A stretch of DNA of 64,000 bases from Corallochytrium limacisporum Hawaii (Eukaryota > Protista > Pluriformea): contig PDIP01000122.1 in assembly GCA_002811645.1 (NCBI GenBank), positions 34,098 to 98,097 of the forward strand. Reading direction: 5' to 3'. The notes under the pieces were generated by a model. That model did not search any database. It saw only the letters and a list, made by a program, of their open reading frames with translations, and was not told the origin of the DNA. Numbering within the stretch: position 1 is the stretch's first letter; every line of letters begins with the position of its first letter. Positions 21,202 through 33,600 of this stretch are shown piece after piece. The translations under genes were made by a program, and so were the position numbers.

Positions 21202-23040
21202 ATGGACATTAAGACTACCACACAGAATAACAAGAACAACCATCAGCGCCAACCGGTCCACCTGGAGTGGAAGGACCTGGTCCTGGAAGTTGATATTAAG
21301 CCCAAGGATGGCAGCAAGCCCTATGCCCGCAAGATTCTACAGGGCCTGACCGGATCAGTACGTCCCGGAGACTCCCTCGTGGTCATGGGACCCACCGGTG
21401 GTGGCAAGACAACCTTTCTGGACACTCTCGCTGACAAAATGGCCAGTGGTCGTCAGAGTGGTACCATCACTTTCAATGGACAGCCCCGTGACAAGTACTT
21501 CAAGCGCTTTGCTGCCTACGTCATGCAGTTTGACAGTCTCAAGCCCGAACTCACTGTGCGGGAGACGCTCGAATACGCTCAGAATCTTACCCTCGACCCA
21601 GACGAGTTCACTGACGAGGAAAAGGAAACTTATTTAATTAAGATTTTGCGCCAACTCGGACTGGAGTCTGCAGCCAACGAACGTGTCGGGGGTGGCTTCT
21701 TTAAGGGCATCAGTGCTGGCCAGCGCAAGCGCCTGTCAATCGGTGTGGAACTGATGAAGATGCCATCGCTCGTGTTCCTAGACGAGCCCACCACCGGCCT
21801 GGACAGCGCAACGGCCTATCAGGTCATGAAGACCATCGACGGACTTGCAAAGAGCGGTCTGACAGTCATCTCCACCATTCACCAGCCCAACCCGCAGATG
21901 TACGACCTCTTTGACAAGATTATGCTCCTCTCCCAAGGCCGCCTCGCTTTCCTTGGCCCCGCCAAGGCGGCGCCTGGATTTTTCAAGCGCGTCGGCTATC
22001 CGATTCCGTCTTTCGTGAATCCGGCAGATCACTACATGGACGTCGTTAATGTCGACTACATTGGTGACTTTGGCCAGGTCGACGTTCAGTCTATTGTCGA
22101 CGAATTTGCAGCCACTCGCAGCCAGTACGAATTCGATAGCGAGGCAACGGAGGCACGGAAGCGCCGTTGGGCCCCTGAACGCAATCCCACGCAGCCAGTG
22201 ACATTCCAATCCACATTTGCAGTGCCCGCTACGAAACAATTTGGGACGCTACTGAAACGAAATATTATCTCCGCCTGGCGCAACCCGCTTGTGTACTGGG
22301 GTCGCGTGGTCATGTACTTCATGCTGGCGGTGGTCATGGGTACGCTCTACTTTGACATTGGGGACAATTTCAGCAACATTTTGAATCGTATCTCTGTCAT
22401 CTTCTTCGTTGTCGCGTTCTTCACGTTCATGCAGGTGTCCGCCATGCCTGCCATGCTCGAAGAGCGCGATGTCTTCACCCGCGAGCGTGGCAACGGTAAC
22501 TACGGTGTCATGACCTACTCCCTGGCCAATGCGGTTGCAGCTGTGCCTTGGGTCGCCCTGACCGCCGTGACCAGCTCGGTGCCTGTCTATTTCATGATTG
22601 GACTGAACGATGATAACGGACGGTACCTTTACTTCCTGCTCATGTTCTTCCTTGCCCTCTACGTGGCAGAATCCGTTGTCGTCGTCACGTCCGCGGTCGT
22701 GAATATTGCACTAGTCGGCATCGCGGCCGCAGCAGCCTTCTTTGGCTTCTCTATGCTCACTTGTGGCTTCTTCCTAAGTCCGGGCAACATTCCGGACTAC
22801 TGGATCTGGGCATTCTACATTTCTTTCCACAAGTATGCCTTCAACGGCCTGATCTACAATGACTTCAGTACCATCACTTTCGAGGACGGCACCATTACGG
22901 GCACATACGTCCTAGACAGCCGTTTTGAGATCACGAAGGACGAGCGCTGGCTGGACGTCGGTGTCATGATCCTCCTCATCATCTTTTACCGGATGCTTTT
23001 TGCTGGACTCTTGTGGAAGTATCAAACAGGTCGCAAGTAA
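21202..23040 (+). CDS. ABCG/White-family half transporter with variant signature motif
   Basis: Walker A GPTGGGKTT, signature ISAGQRKR, Walker B FLDEPTTGLD, switch TIHQP. The TMD is similar to the neighbouring paralog, and both end in YQTG(M)RK. Confidence 0.95.
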   Translation: MDIKTTTQNNKNNHQRQPVHLEWKDLVLEVDIKPKDGSKPYARKILQGLTGSVRPGDSLVVMGPTGGGKTTFLDTLADKMASGRQSGTITFNGQPRDKYFKRFAAYVMQFDSLKPELTVRETLEYAQNLTLDPDEFTDEEKETYLIKILRQLGLESAANERVGGGFFKGISAGQRKRLSIGVELMKMPSLVFLDEPTTGLDSATAYQVMKTIDGLAKSGLTVISTIHQPNPQMYDLFDKIMLLSQGRLAFLGPAKAAPGFFKRVGYPIPSFVNPADHYMDVVNVDYIGDFGQVDVQSIVDEFAATRSQYEFDSEATEARKRRWAPERNPTQPVTFQSTFAVPATKQFGTLLKRNIISAWRNPLVYWGRVVMYFMLAVVMGTLYFDIGDNFSNILNRISVIFFVVAFFTFMQVSAMPAMLEERDVFTRERGNGNYGVMTYSLANAVAAVPWVALTAVTSSVPVYFMIGLNDDNGRYLYFLLMFFLALYVAESVVVVTSAVVNIALVGIAAAAAFFGFSMLTCGFFLSPGNIPDYWIWAFYISFHKYAFNGLIYNDFSTITFEDGTITGTYVLDSRFEITKDERWLDVGVMILLIIFYRMLFAGLLWKYQTGRK

Positions 23041-23198
23041 ACGAGTCCTGTAAAGCTACCGCAGCAGCTCATTGTATAGTTTAGATACTACATTACATGT
23101 ACATAGAAAAGTAAAACCACACCATCACCTCATGGGCAATGCCCTATCTCTATCGCCAGTGTTTATTTGGCTGTACTCACTCTCTAGGTAGTGTGACA

Positions 23199-25733
23199 TT
23201 ACTCAATGACAGTCGGCTGCGGCAATGATGTACCAGCCAGAGCCACAGTCACAGTCCTCTCGGTCACTCTACGCGGGGTCAACTGCCGCCCCTTCGACCA
23301 CGACTTGGAGCGTATTTGGTTCTGTGCGGTCGGTTCACCGCTTGGTTTACGTGGACTTTGAAGAGGCAGTGCAATCGGTTCTATACCGGTGTCATTAGCA
23401 CTGCTACTGCCACTGCCACCGTTCTCATTGGGCGCCTCCAACTGCGGCACGGACGGCTCGTCTCCCGTCTCAACGGCTTGCATCGACAACTTCGGTATAA
23501 TCTCTGAGCGCTGCTCCTGCTGAAGGTTGGTCGGTGCCTGCAGTTCCTTCGAGTTTGGGTCCCGGTGGTGTTGGTCCATTTGTTGCTCGTCGGTCTGATC
23601 CTGCATCTCCTGTACGCGGTTGAGCAGCTTGCGGACTGAATTCAGGTACAGCTGCTTGACTTCCACGAGCAAATCATTATACATGCCAATATCTCGTTCC
23701 TTGGCATCCACCATTGATTTAAGAGTGTGTTTGAGCGTCTTGATCTCGTTCGATTGCAGCTCAAAGTGAATGATCAGATCCTCCCGGCTAAGTTCCTTGA
23801 GATTGTACATCTTTTCCACGTCTGTAGCACCCCCGCCTGGCATTGCCGCATCCAAAGACTTAAGCGTCCAGGTTACTTCACGATTGCGCTGCTCCGATGC
23901 TGTCAGTCGGACCCAGAGTCTCTGCAGGTCTTTCTGCATAGCCGGAATGATATCATTTTCAAGTTTTATGCAGCGTTTACGCATAGCTTCTTCGTTGACG
24001 CTGACGTATTCCGTTTTCAGGAGATCAACGAGGCTGCTCCCGGTTGAATTGATACTACCATCGCTCACTCCTTCTATGGATGCATTACTTTTGTTCGACT
24101 TCCCGCCGGCAGCTCTGTTACGTCTCTCGAGTTCGTGAATGATCGCTTCGTACCGCTTGAGCCGTCCGTGAGCTGCGGTCAATTCGGCCTCCAAGGCCAC
24201 AATGTTGGACCGGTCCTTATTGCGGTGATGCGGGCGATCCAAGCCGTTTACGGCAGTACGTTTGTCACCCTTGACCAGGGATGGACGTTCGTCCGTGGAC
24301 AAGCCAGTCATTTCTTGTGGCAACTGGCCTAGGGCCTCCAGCTGGTTACGCAGCTTTTTGATGCGGCGCTGCTGTTCAACATTTTCCTGTTTAAAGGCCA
24401 ATACCAAGTCATCGTCATGATTGGCTTTGTCCATGAGCATCTGCATGTGCTGCTTAAGACGCTTGTTCTCCTCCCTTGTGACCTTCAGTTTGGCGGAGGC
24501 TCCAACGTATTTCGCACGTGAATCCTCTAGCTCCTGCTTCAGTGCATCCGTCTCGTGCTTTAAAGCATCCAGCTGCGCTTGCTTGGTTTTCTGTGCCTTC
24601 GCAATTCCTGACCTTTCGTTATAGTTTGCATTGCCAATGCTTGCACCGCTGTTGGCATTACCAGCGATGTCTGTGGTCGAAGGGTTGCGCGCAACGGCGA
24701 GCTCTTTCTCCAACCGGGCGACTTTAACTTGCAACACTTTGATACGTTCCGCCCGACCACGCCAGGAGCTCTGCCGGATCTTTTCCAAGTTCGTTCCACC
24801 ACTACTGCTCAGCCCCTGGGCGGCATCTTCGCCAACTTCGCGGAAAAGCAATGTCTTGTACCGCTTCGTCTCTGCCTGGCTACTCTCCAGGCGCTTGTGC
24901 ATATCCTGTAGCTGCGCCTTGAGCAACTTCATTTGGCTCAGGTTCGGCAGGACGACGCCTTCGTTACCGCCAGTCTCCGATTGGATTCCAGTCTTCAAAG
25001 GGCTGGCGCCACCGCCGCTGCCCGAACTCGCAGACCGTAGCCTTTGCTGGTGATGCTGGGTCTGAGCGACGCCCGATTTGCTCTGCTGCCACGCGAGCTC
25101 GGTTTCTGCCTGACGAAGGCGCTGCCTGAGTTGGCCGTTGCGGCCCCTTTCGGCCTCGTAAGCCGCCTGAACTTCCCGTCCACGCTTAGCAAGTTGCTGG
25201 ATTTTGCGTTGATACTCAAGCCCAACGTCTCCTGTACTACCGGTGATGTTGGACAAAGAGTCAAGATTTGGCTTCGCGTCTATCCCGTCCTTGACATTAA
25301 TTCCTAGCTTGCTGCCTATCGTGGATGAAGGATCACTGAAGTCCATCCCTGTGTGGATCTGTGGTGCGATTGAACCGGTGGCGATCTGATTGCTCGGAAT
25401 TGTTCCCCCTGTACTATAATACCGGCGGCCTGTTCTCCCATGGGGTTTATTGGTCATGGATTTCGGCCTCCTTGGCGCACCAACGCTTGGGAGTATGTCA
25501 AGCTCCAGTCCAAGATCTTCATCGTCTGGTACTTCTGGTGGTGCGTCCACTGATCTGTTGTGGCTGAGGCCGGTAGATTCGAAGACTGCATTGGTGAAAC
25601 TTTTGTTCTGACCTCCGCTCATGTCCTTCAAAGGTGAAGACCGCATATTCGTGTATGACGAATGCCGAAACGCAGAGCTCTGCAAGTGCAGAAACCGATC
25701 CCGCAATTCCGCTGTCCGTTCCGCTTCCGTCAT
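23199..25733 (-). CDS. CCDC13: CCDC13-like coiled-coil protein (centriolar satellite/ciliary)
   Basis: Long coiled coil containing LFREVGED, SWRGRAERIKVLQVKV and LMDKANHDDDLVLAF, matching CCDC13 motifs (WRGRAQQI.VLQ.KV; K..HDDELI.AL). Confidence 0.75.
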   Translation of the reverse strand: MTEAERTAELRDRFLHLQSSAFRHSSYTNMRSSPLKDMSGGQNKSFTNAVFESTGLSHNRSVDAPPEVPDDEDLGLELDILPSVGAPRRPKSMTNKPHGRTGRRYYSTGGTIPSNQIATGSIAPQIHTGMDFSDPSSTIGSKLGINVKDGIDAKPNLDSLSNITGSTGDVGLEYQRKIQQLAKRGREVQAAYEAERGRNGQLRQRLRQAETELAWQQSKSGVAQTQHHQQRLRSASSGSGGGASPLKTGIQSETGGNEGVVLPNLSQMKLLKAQLQDMHKRLESSQAETKRYKTLLFREVGEDAAQGLSSSGGTNLEKIRQSSWRGRAERIKVLQVKVARLEKELAVARNPSTTDIAGNANSGASIGNANYNERSGIAKAQKTKQAQLDALKHETDALKQELEDSRAKYVGASAKLKVTREENKRLKQHMQMLMDKANHDDDLVLAFKQENVEQQRRIKKLRNQLEALGQLPQEMTGLSTDERPSLVKGDKRTAVNGLDRPHHRNKDRSNIVALEAELTAAHGRLKRYEAIIHELERRNRAAGGKSNKSNASIEGVSDGSINSTGSSLVDLLKTEYVSVNEEAMRKRCIKLENDIIPAMQKDLQRLWVRLTASEQRNREVTWTLKSLDAAMPGGGATDVEKMYNLKELSREDLIIHFELQSNEIKTLKHTLKSMVDAKERDIGMYNDLLVEVKQLYLNSVRKLLNRVQEMQDQTDEQQMDQHHRDPNSKELQAPTNLQQEQRSEIIPKLSMQAVETGDEPSVPQLEAPNENGGSGSSSANDTGIEPIALPLQSPRKPSGEPTAQNQIRSKSWSKGRQLTPRRVTERTVTVALAGTSLPQPTVIE

Positions 25734-27008
25734 TATATTAATGAAATTCTTCTAATTTGCCACATTCGTGCTCAATTCCTACATGATTGCTGCATCGAGT
25801 ATTCTTGATTACCATCAATTTACGGGTTTCTATGTCCCTCCTCTCTCCTTCTCCGCTGCTCGTCTCGAGGTTCTTTTCCTCTTGATTACTAAACTAATAT
25901 TAACTAAACTGTCAGGGCCTCGTGCCCAAACATCTAGGCCTTATGAAATCGCGGGCTACAGTTCTATTGGACGGAATGGTGTGTAAGGTATTGGTAGAGA
26001 TTGTAAGTGCGAAGTACCTGTTCTATTGATCTCAATCCAGGCTCATACTACGACCATTTGCGAAGCTGTTCAAGTCAGATTCCGACAAGTACAGAAAACC
26101 GTATCACTTCCCGTCACAGACCGGATCAGAAAACAAATACTGATATCACACAGCTCCGATCCCGAAGAAAGGGAAAACATACTCTCGCTCTGCGTCCGTA
26201 CCCACCGCCGTCTTCCCTGTCCGTTCTGGTATCAGTGTTCCCAACACGGGAGGGAGGGCAACAGGGCCGCCCCCCCTTTCCTAACCCACCAAACTTTCTC
26301 CTCTCCACCCTTCCTGACGCCTTCCCCGCGCCCGTTACATTCCCCGGTTACCGCCCGTTCCTGTGGCCTCCCCCCTCCCCCTTGTCAACCCCCCTCCGTT
26401 CCCGGTCTCCACAGCAAACAAAGGGCACAATCTGGGCTCGTGTCCCCTCCTCTCTCTCCCCCCCCCCTCTCTGCTATACTACCGGTACAACGCAACCGCT
26501 TTTTTGCGTCACTGTGGGGCAAGAAGTCAGAAGGCGGAGGAGGGTATAAGGGGAAGGGGGGAAGGGAGGAGGCCCCAGGGGGTAAAAACCCGGGGAGGCG
26601 GGCGATGGGGGGGGGGAGGTATTTAAAACCAAACAAAAAAAAAAAAAGAAAATAGCCAGAGGGAACGCGCCTTTCTTTTGGTGGCTGGGCGGGTGGTGGG
26701 GAACCCCCAGAACCGGCGGGTTTTTCCAAATGCTCGCGCCCCGAGGGGCCCCCTTCACCCTCCCCGGCCGTCCCCCCCCTCCTCCCCTGCCGACCTCCCT
26801 CCCGCCGTTTCACTTGTAAATAGGCCCCCTTCTCAGCGGCCTCGCCCACGATCCCACCGGCGGCGGGGCTCGCGACGGCGAGTAGGCACTCGGGAAGCAA
26901 AGGTATACTTGATCAGACTCGTTTTGACGAAGGAGTTTGGGATTCACACATTTTATGTAGATAGGGATCGGCAAGGACAAGCAGTCATTTCGCAACAAAA
27001 ACCGGCTA

Positions 27009-27473
27009 ATGGGCTCAGAAGACCGAGCCGTCAAATGGGTGCAGCAAGTCCTGGAATGCTCTACCTTGCTCGTCGCACAATGCCGGTCGTATGCGCAATA
27101 TCGAAAAGCGGCTTGGGAACCAGCTGAAATGCGCGGCAGTGCGGAATGGCACAATTACGAACAGAAGATCAGAGCCAAGGCCAACCAAGTCAACGCGACC
27201 AAAGCGGCCGTTCAGGACCAATTGTCGGCTCTGTCAAGAGTGATCAGTGATCCGCCAGTAGACGTTTCCGTGTTTGCCCTAACGGGAGATGTCGATTCGT
27301 TGCGATCTTTGACGTACGAAATACTAGCAATTGTTTCCGAAGTTGTGCAATCAATTGACCTGAGCTGGAAGCACTGTTCGGACCTAATCGGAGACCACGG
27401 TTTGGGGGGACGGCTGCTTATCCTTTCGCAGTTGGGCCAAAGCATGCTGGACCCGCTGGATTCGGGTCAATAG
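27009..27473 (+). CDS. Hypothetical helical protein, weak resemblance to C1orf109/AIRIM
   Basis: 154-aa ATG ORF with protein-like composition, convergent with ITPR. The pattern W...C..LL......Q...A...E.KIR.K loosely recalls C1orf109. Confidence 0.55.
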   Translation: MGSEDRAVKWVQQVLECSTLLVAQCRSYAQYRKAAWEPAEMRGSAEWHNYEQKIRAKANQVNATKAAVQDQLSALSRVISDPPVDVSVFALTGDVDSLRSLTYEILAIVSEVVQSIDLSWKHCSDLIGDHGLGGRLLILSQLGQSMLDPLDSGQ

Positions 27474-27609
27474 ATTGTTGGAGACCACTCGGATTTGAAC
27501 GAAGATATTAAATATGTTCGCATAGTGCATTTTACTACATTCTAAATGACAAATAGGGTTTGATCTCAAAACATGAAGAGCTAAATGATCTGAGGGAGCC
27601 ACACTATTT

Positions 27610-30600
27610 CTATTGTGCGGGTCTCACAATTGTAGGGGAAGTTATGTGTGTCAGGATCCGTTCCAAATGCTCTAGCCGCTGATCATGATCCTCTGCCTGC
27701 TCCGGAATGGACAGCGCACGGTTGATCGGGAACAGTCGCTCCTCTATACCGCTCTCCAATGACTCAGCCACGTAGCTCTCGTGTGCAGTATACTCCTGCG
27801 GATCCTTGTCCTTAATGTGGATGAAAAGTAACAGATAGCCCCACATATTGTGTTCTTTCTTGACGTGGTACTCAAAACCGCGGGCTTGGCGCTCAAATTC
27901 ATAGCTGCGGATCGAACAGACAAAGCAGCGACCCTCCATGTCCTCCTGCACACGCCATTTTTCGTCACGAAGTTCCTGGAACGTGTCGACGATGATACCA
28001 AAGACAATGTTCAAACCGATGACACTAACGATGACGAAGAAGGACAAATCAAAGACAACACGCATAGTATCTATGCCCTGGTCGGATGGTGGGTACAATT
28101 GTTCACCCAGGCCACCACCGCTGCGGACACCATACGAAATGGAACTGACAAAACATTCACCCAGCGTGGCACAGCGCATACCACTGGTGTAGTCAATGAT
28201 GGACCGGAAGACCGAGAACATCCACACCGAATACATGTACGTGACCACAATGGTCAGGAACGCCACCAACAACAAACTGCGACCGTTCTTGGTCACAGCC
28301 TGGATCACTCGGCGCAGCAGGTCATTGTTGTGTACAATGTGCGTCAAGTGCCAGCAGTAGAAAGCTGGATTCACAACCAGGCCCATTAAGGACAGCACGA
28401 CGCAACTAAAGTGATACATGAAGCCAAAATCGGTAAGGAGCTCGAGTACGCCCTCAAGGAACATAGTCTTGAGCTCAAAGGAGCGCATGGCATCCATCCG
28501 AGCACGATACCACATGCGGAATCGGCGACGGCTCAGCACGTACTCGATTTCAATAAAGATGCACAAAATCAAGTGTGGAATGCCCAACGCAAAGACAACC
28601 GGGTGGTACCAGTCAGGTGTGATCGGCCGTGGGTCAAACATATCCTCTGGTGCTTGCCAGGTACACAAGAAGATGAGATTGATCAAGAAACTGACCAGAG
28701 TCATGCTACGACCCCACGCATTTACGTGACCGACAAAAAAGCGAGTGAACTTGTTTCCTTGCAGGAACTCAAGGTAGAGCATATCGTTTTCGACTTCCTT
28801 AGATTTCAGCACAAAGTCACGAATTTTGTCACTAGGACTGGAGCGATCAACGGACCATAGCAATTCGTCTTTCATACGGCCGGTCAGCAGATTGCTGCGG
28901 ATGGCCAGGAAGTGGATAACTTGCAGAGTGTCGTCAATGATAATCTCGACGCTGGCACTGCGCTTCTCAAAGAAGCGAATGACGTCCTGGTAATGAGACA
29001 GCGTGTTGCGGGCAGTCTTGTGGACGTGTTTTTGGCTTTGGCCCTCGGCAGTACTCTCAGATTCCGCATTCACTTCTTCCTTGGACATTGGCTTCATAGG
29101 CTTCAATTCCTTGTTCAAGTTCTTGGACGGCTTGATGAGCCCACAGTCAACAAGTTTGTTGCGAATTTGAGGAGTCAAGGCTCTCATATCTTTTCTCAGC
29201 TTCGAGGCATGTTCCGAGTCCTCGTCATCATGGTCAATTTCGTCAAACTCATTGTGGTGGTGACCATCGTCAATTTCTAGGGCGTACGTAGCGCCCAGCT
29301 CGCGAATTCGTAGCTGCAGGACATAAAGACTGAACCCCATTTCGATGAAACTCTTTTTCAGGGCCTTGTCCTGGTCCTCGATAGTATCTGCCGCATCTTT
29401 GAACATGGCCATAGCACGGAACACGAGCTTGAGGGGCAGAAGCAAACTGAGATCCTGAGCCAGACGCCTAGAGGCAGTGGTGTTTGATTCCACCATGGAC
29501 AACAGCAGCTTGGCGCAGCTGTGCTTTATCCGTGCCTCTGCCATTAAAGTCTCAACATCGAGCTGCACAGGGTCCAGGGGCCTTGCAATGATCTGCAGAA
29601 TCGGATCCAAGATTTTGGCATCGAAAACCGTGATCTGGTTCTCCTCATTGCCCTGGCAGAATTCAATGAGAGTCTCAAAGGCCTGCGTGAGAAGAGCGTA
29701 GGTCCACGTGTTGATCTCATCACTGTGCTCCGTAACATAACTGACAATGATAACCACGAGGTTAATATTTTTGAAGTTGTCAGCCTGCGTGCGTAGGTAG
29801 TCCTGCAGGCCTTCAAAATGTCCCTCACACAGCAGCTGTATGATGCGCAACGTGATGCGGTCCTTCATATACAACTCGATCTCCCCCTCGCTCGCTGGTC
29901 GCGCCTCGCCTGCGTCAGTGCCGCACAGAGAATCATGGTCTGTGTGGCGAACAATATGAATATGCTTATGGTTCTTGTTGCTGGAGTGGTGGACAGTGCG
30001 ATGAATCTGCAGGAGATCTTCGATTTGCTGTGCCCTGGATATCTGTCGATCGTGAAGATTCAGATGACCAACGCCGTGTGTATGGGTATGGTTCACTGGG
30101 AAGGGATCGTGGCTCTGATTGCAGTCGAGCTGGTGCTGAATGGCTTCGAGCATACGATGATCCCTTATGAGTTTCTTTGTGCGCATCAGTGCATCCTTTG
30201 TGTCCTCAAAGAATGGCTCGACACGACTCATATGCCATTCGTGAAGCAGTGCCTCCTGTACAGTGCGGTTGCCACCTTCAAGCAAGGCGAGCAGGGTCAA
30301 CGTGGCCTCGAAACTTTCGTCGGTGGGCCTGAAGCGGGTGTGCTTGATCAACATCTTGGGTACCTGCAAGGTGACCAGGTCGTTCTGCACCCGTTCTACT
30401 GTGGCCCACAGCTCTCCGCGGTGGTCCGGATCCTTGAAGGCCCGTGTGGCCGCCAATTCGTTGTGGATCAGGGCTCTGATCACATGGAGACATCGCAATG
30501 CCACCTTGGACTCCTTCTCCGAGTCCGGTCCCTTGCGTTCGAGGTGTTGAGTGGACTGCAGCATCTCCACTAAAATGGACGCTTCCTGAGGGATGTGCAA

Positions 30601-33600
30601 GTACTTGTTGTCTTTATCCCAGACGCGGAAGATGGACACAAAGCGACGGAACTCCTCTCCAAGTGGTAGGGTTTCTTCCCGGGGAACATAGGGAATGATA
30701 CCGTCCTTAGGGATCTGAAGCGGTCCAAACTTCTTCATCAACTCTTGTCGGGATGGCAAGTTTAACTGGTGCTTCAGCATGTTTGGACCAGCACAACACT
30801 TGGCTAAGAGCTTCCGATCAAATAGCAGGGACTCGTTCAGACGGTCCTCTCTTTCTGCATATTTTGGATTGCGCACAATCAGGTTGGTTATTGACGAATT
30901 CCGACGCATGCACATGGGCACAAATTTCTCAGCCCGGGATTGCTGCTCCGTAAGCTCCTCCAGGCTGGTCTGCGTCTGGTACGTATTCAGAGAACTATCA
31001 TCGGAATCCGATTCCACGTCGCCGTAGCCACAAGAGAAGGACATGAACTTGTGGATGTGATCGAGGGATTTGCGCGCGACCGCGGGATTCACGCCGATGC
31101 GATGGCACAAACTCATTAAAGACGCAGGGTCTTCTTTCACGATCTGACGGATGAGCGCTACATCACTCTCTGGACTGCCGATGGTGATTGGAAGCATTTC
31201 CTCATTGTCCTTGTAGGCAATCTCGATGATCAGCTCACACAGCAAAGCAATGCCGCGGATCTTGTCAGGGTGGGCAAATTCTTGGGCAATCCTTTGCATT
31301 TGCAGAGTATCTACAGGGAAATCCTTGGGTATGGAAATGGCTTTGCTCAGTAACTTCTTGTAGAAGTTAACGAGCCCAGGGTGGTTCAGGGCTTCTTCCA
31401 CAGTCCGCATGACCCGCACCGTACCAACCAGGAACGCCTCAATGGTAGCCAGCGCAACATCGTTCGCGCGTTCTGCACGGAAACTGTGGGTGAAGTATGA
31501 CGCCAGCAGCGGAAGAATCTCCGAGTCAAACTCTTCCCAGTTCGTAGCCAAAAAGTAGAATCGCTCCAAGCACTCTGGCGCATCGGGACCCTTCTCGTCC
31601 AGTAGCGCAGTCATGTCCGTAAAGGCCTCAGCAAATTGACCACCTTCCCCGTTTATGCCACTAACCAGGCGCCAGAACTTGGGGTTCTCTTGCAGATCAG
31701 CAAGACCCGTGTCGTCCGCATCAACCGCAGATTCCAGGAACGCCCAGCGCATGAGTTGGAAGTATGGAATCTTACACTCCGGAGGAATCTCCGGGTGGCA
31801 GAGCACGTCAAGTACATCCTCCAATTCGACAAGGCCGGTCACCACGGACTCGATGAACCGGTTCTCCCCCTTAGCGCAGGTAGCCAGTAACCCGACGGCA
31901 GCAAGGTGGAATTTGAGCTTCCTGAGCTCGCGCGCTTCATGAGTGGCGCCCTCGGTCTTGCGCAGTTGGGTCTCGCTCGTGAATGCCTCACCGTAGAGTT
32001 CCTGGAAGTCTTCGACTGCGTCAGAGCCAGCTTCCGAGGAAGCACTGGAATGAGTCGAGTCCTGGCGGGAGGACATCGTCGGGCGCGTCATCATACCCAG
32101 CATGGTCTTGCGGCCAGAGGCACTGCTGTCGACGCGCAGGCTTGAGATGCCACCGGACCGAATGGAAGAAAACCGGCCCTCTCCAAGCATGGGCGACTCC
32201 GGGGACTCCTCTGGAGCTGGTGTGAAAGGGGTTTCGTTTGGATTCGCCTCTGATGTGTGGAGCAAGAGGTTCATCCGTGTCTTGGTGTACTCCTTCTTGA
32301 AGAGGTTGAAAATATCATGTCTACGCCGTAACATGTTCTTCACAATCGAGTACTGGTTTCGCCGGATGTGGATCCTGCCATTTGCATTGGCCACCATACG
32401 CAGCACATTGAGATAGCCAAAGTAGTGCGTGTCTGCCGCCTTGTCTACAATCATACCAATAACGTGGTCGGAAACGGTGAGACAGAGCTCCAGATTGCCA
32501 GCAAATAGCACGCTGATCGCATCCGACAACTCAGGGTTCATTCCTTGCAGATGTATGACCCATTCCAGTCGCTTAAACAATTGGCGCTGGATACCGTCGT
32601 CTAGGGCACTGATAGCGCTCAACAAGCGGAGTGAGGCTTTTGCAAATTGCAGCTGTGATTTGTATACGGAGAGCAGTGTCAAGTCAATGGGTCGGTTGAT
32701 CAGTGCGGCTAGGTCAAAGATCACTCCATTCGACCTCACAATATTTTTGGCCACCTCACGATCACAATACATGAAATCATGCTCCTCGTATTCGGTCGGA
32801 GTGTCCACAAACAGATGCTCCAGTGTACCGACATATTTGTGTAGCTCCTGTTCATCTTCCTCAGTGAGCTTCGAGTTGAGTGCGCGTTTCACCAGTGGAA
32901 TGTTTTTCCGAATATACCGCTGTAAGGATATGGCTGTTGGATCCAACAGACACATTAGGTACTCATCCCCTTGGGTCAGTACGCTCTCAATCTGGAAATT
33001 CTGAGCATAGAGCAACTTCAGCACCTCAGTTTTCACATTGGCTTTCTTGTAGCGACCGATGCGGAAGAGATTTTGAAGGATCTCGTCTTCTTCCTCCACA
33101 AACTCGGCAAAGCGCAGTAGCTGACTGAGGATGGCGTTCAGGTCGTCCGCCATCTTACAACACCGAAGCGCTTCTGTACGTTTCCGTTGATCCGCGTCAT
33201 CACAGAGGATGATCCCCGAGTTGTCCTTGATGACAGCGTACATTTTTGTGAATTCTTCGATGACACCATGGAAGTACATCCACTCCTCACTGTCTTCTTC
33301 ATGCGATGCGGAGGGCAGCTCGATTGTTTCACAAACATGGAAGTATGCCATCAAGAACAGGTCCATCTGCGCCCGAGCCCGCAACTCAAACATGGCCTTC
33401 GCGACATTCATCGCGGTCAGGCGCATATCAATGACCTCTGAATTGCCCGGATATTCTGGGTTGAACTGTTCAATGGCGGACCATTCATGTAGCAGCTCGT
33501 GATCGGTCACGTCCTTGCTGGGACGATCATGACTGGAATTTAGAATCCGACTCACGGGTGTGATGAGCCGCTTCATGTCCCTCATCTCGCACACCACACC

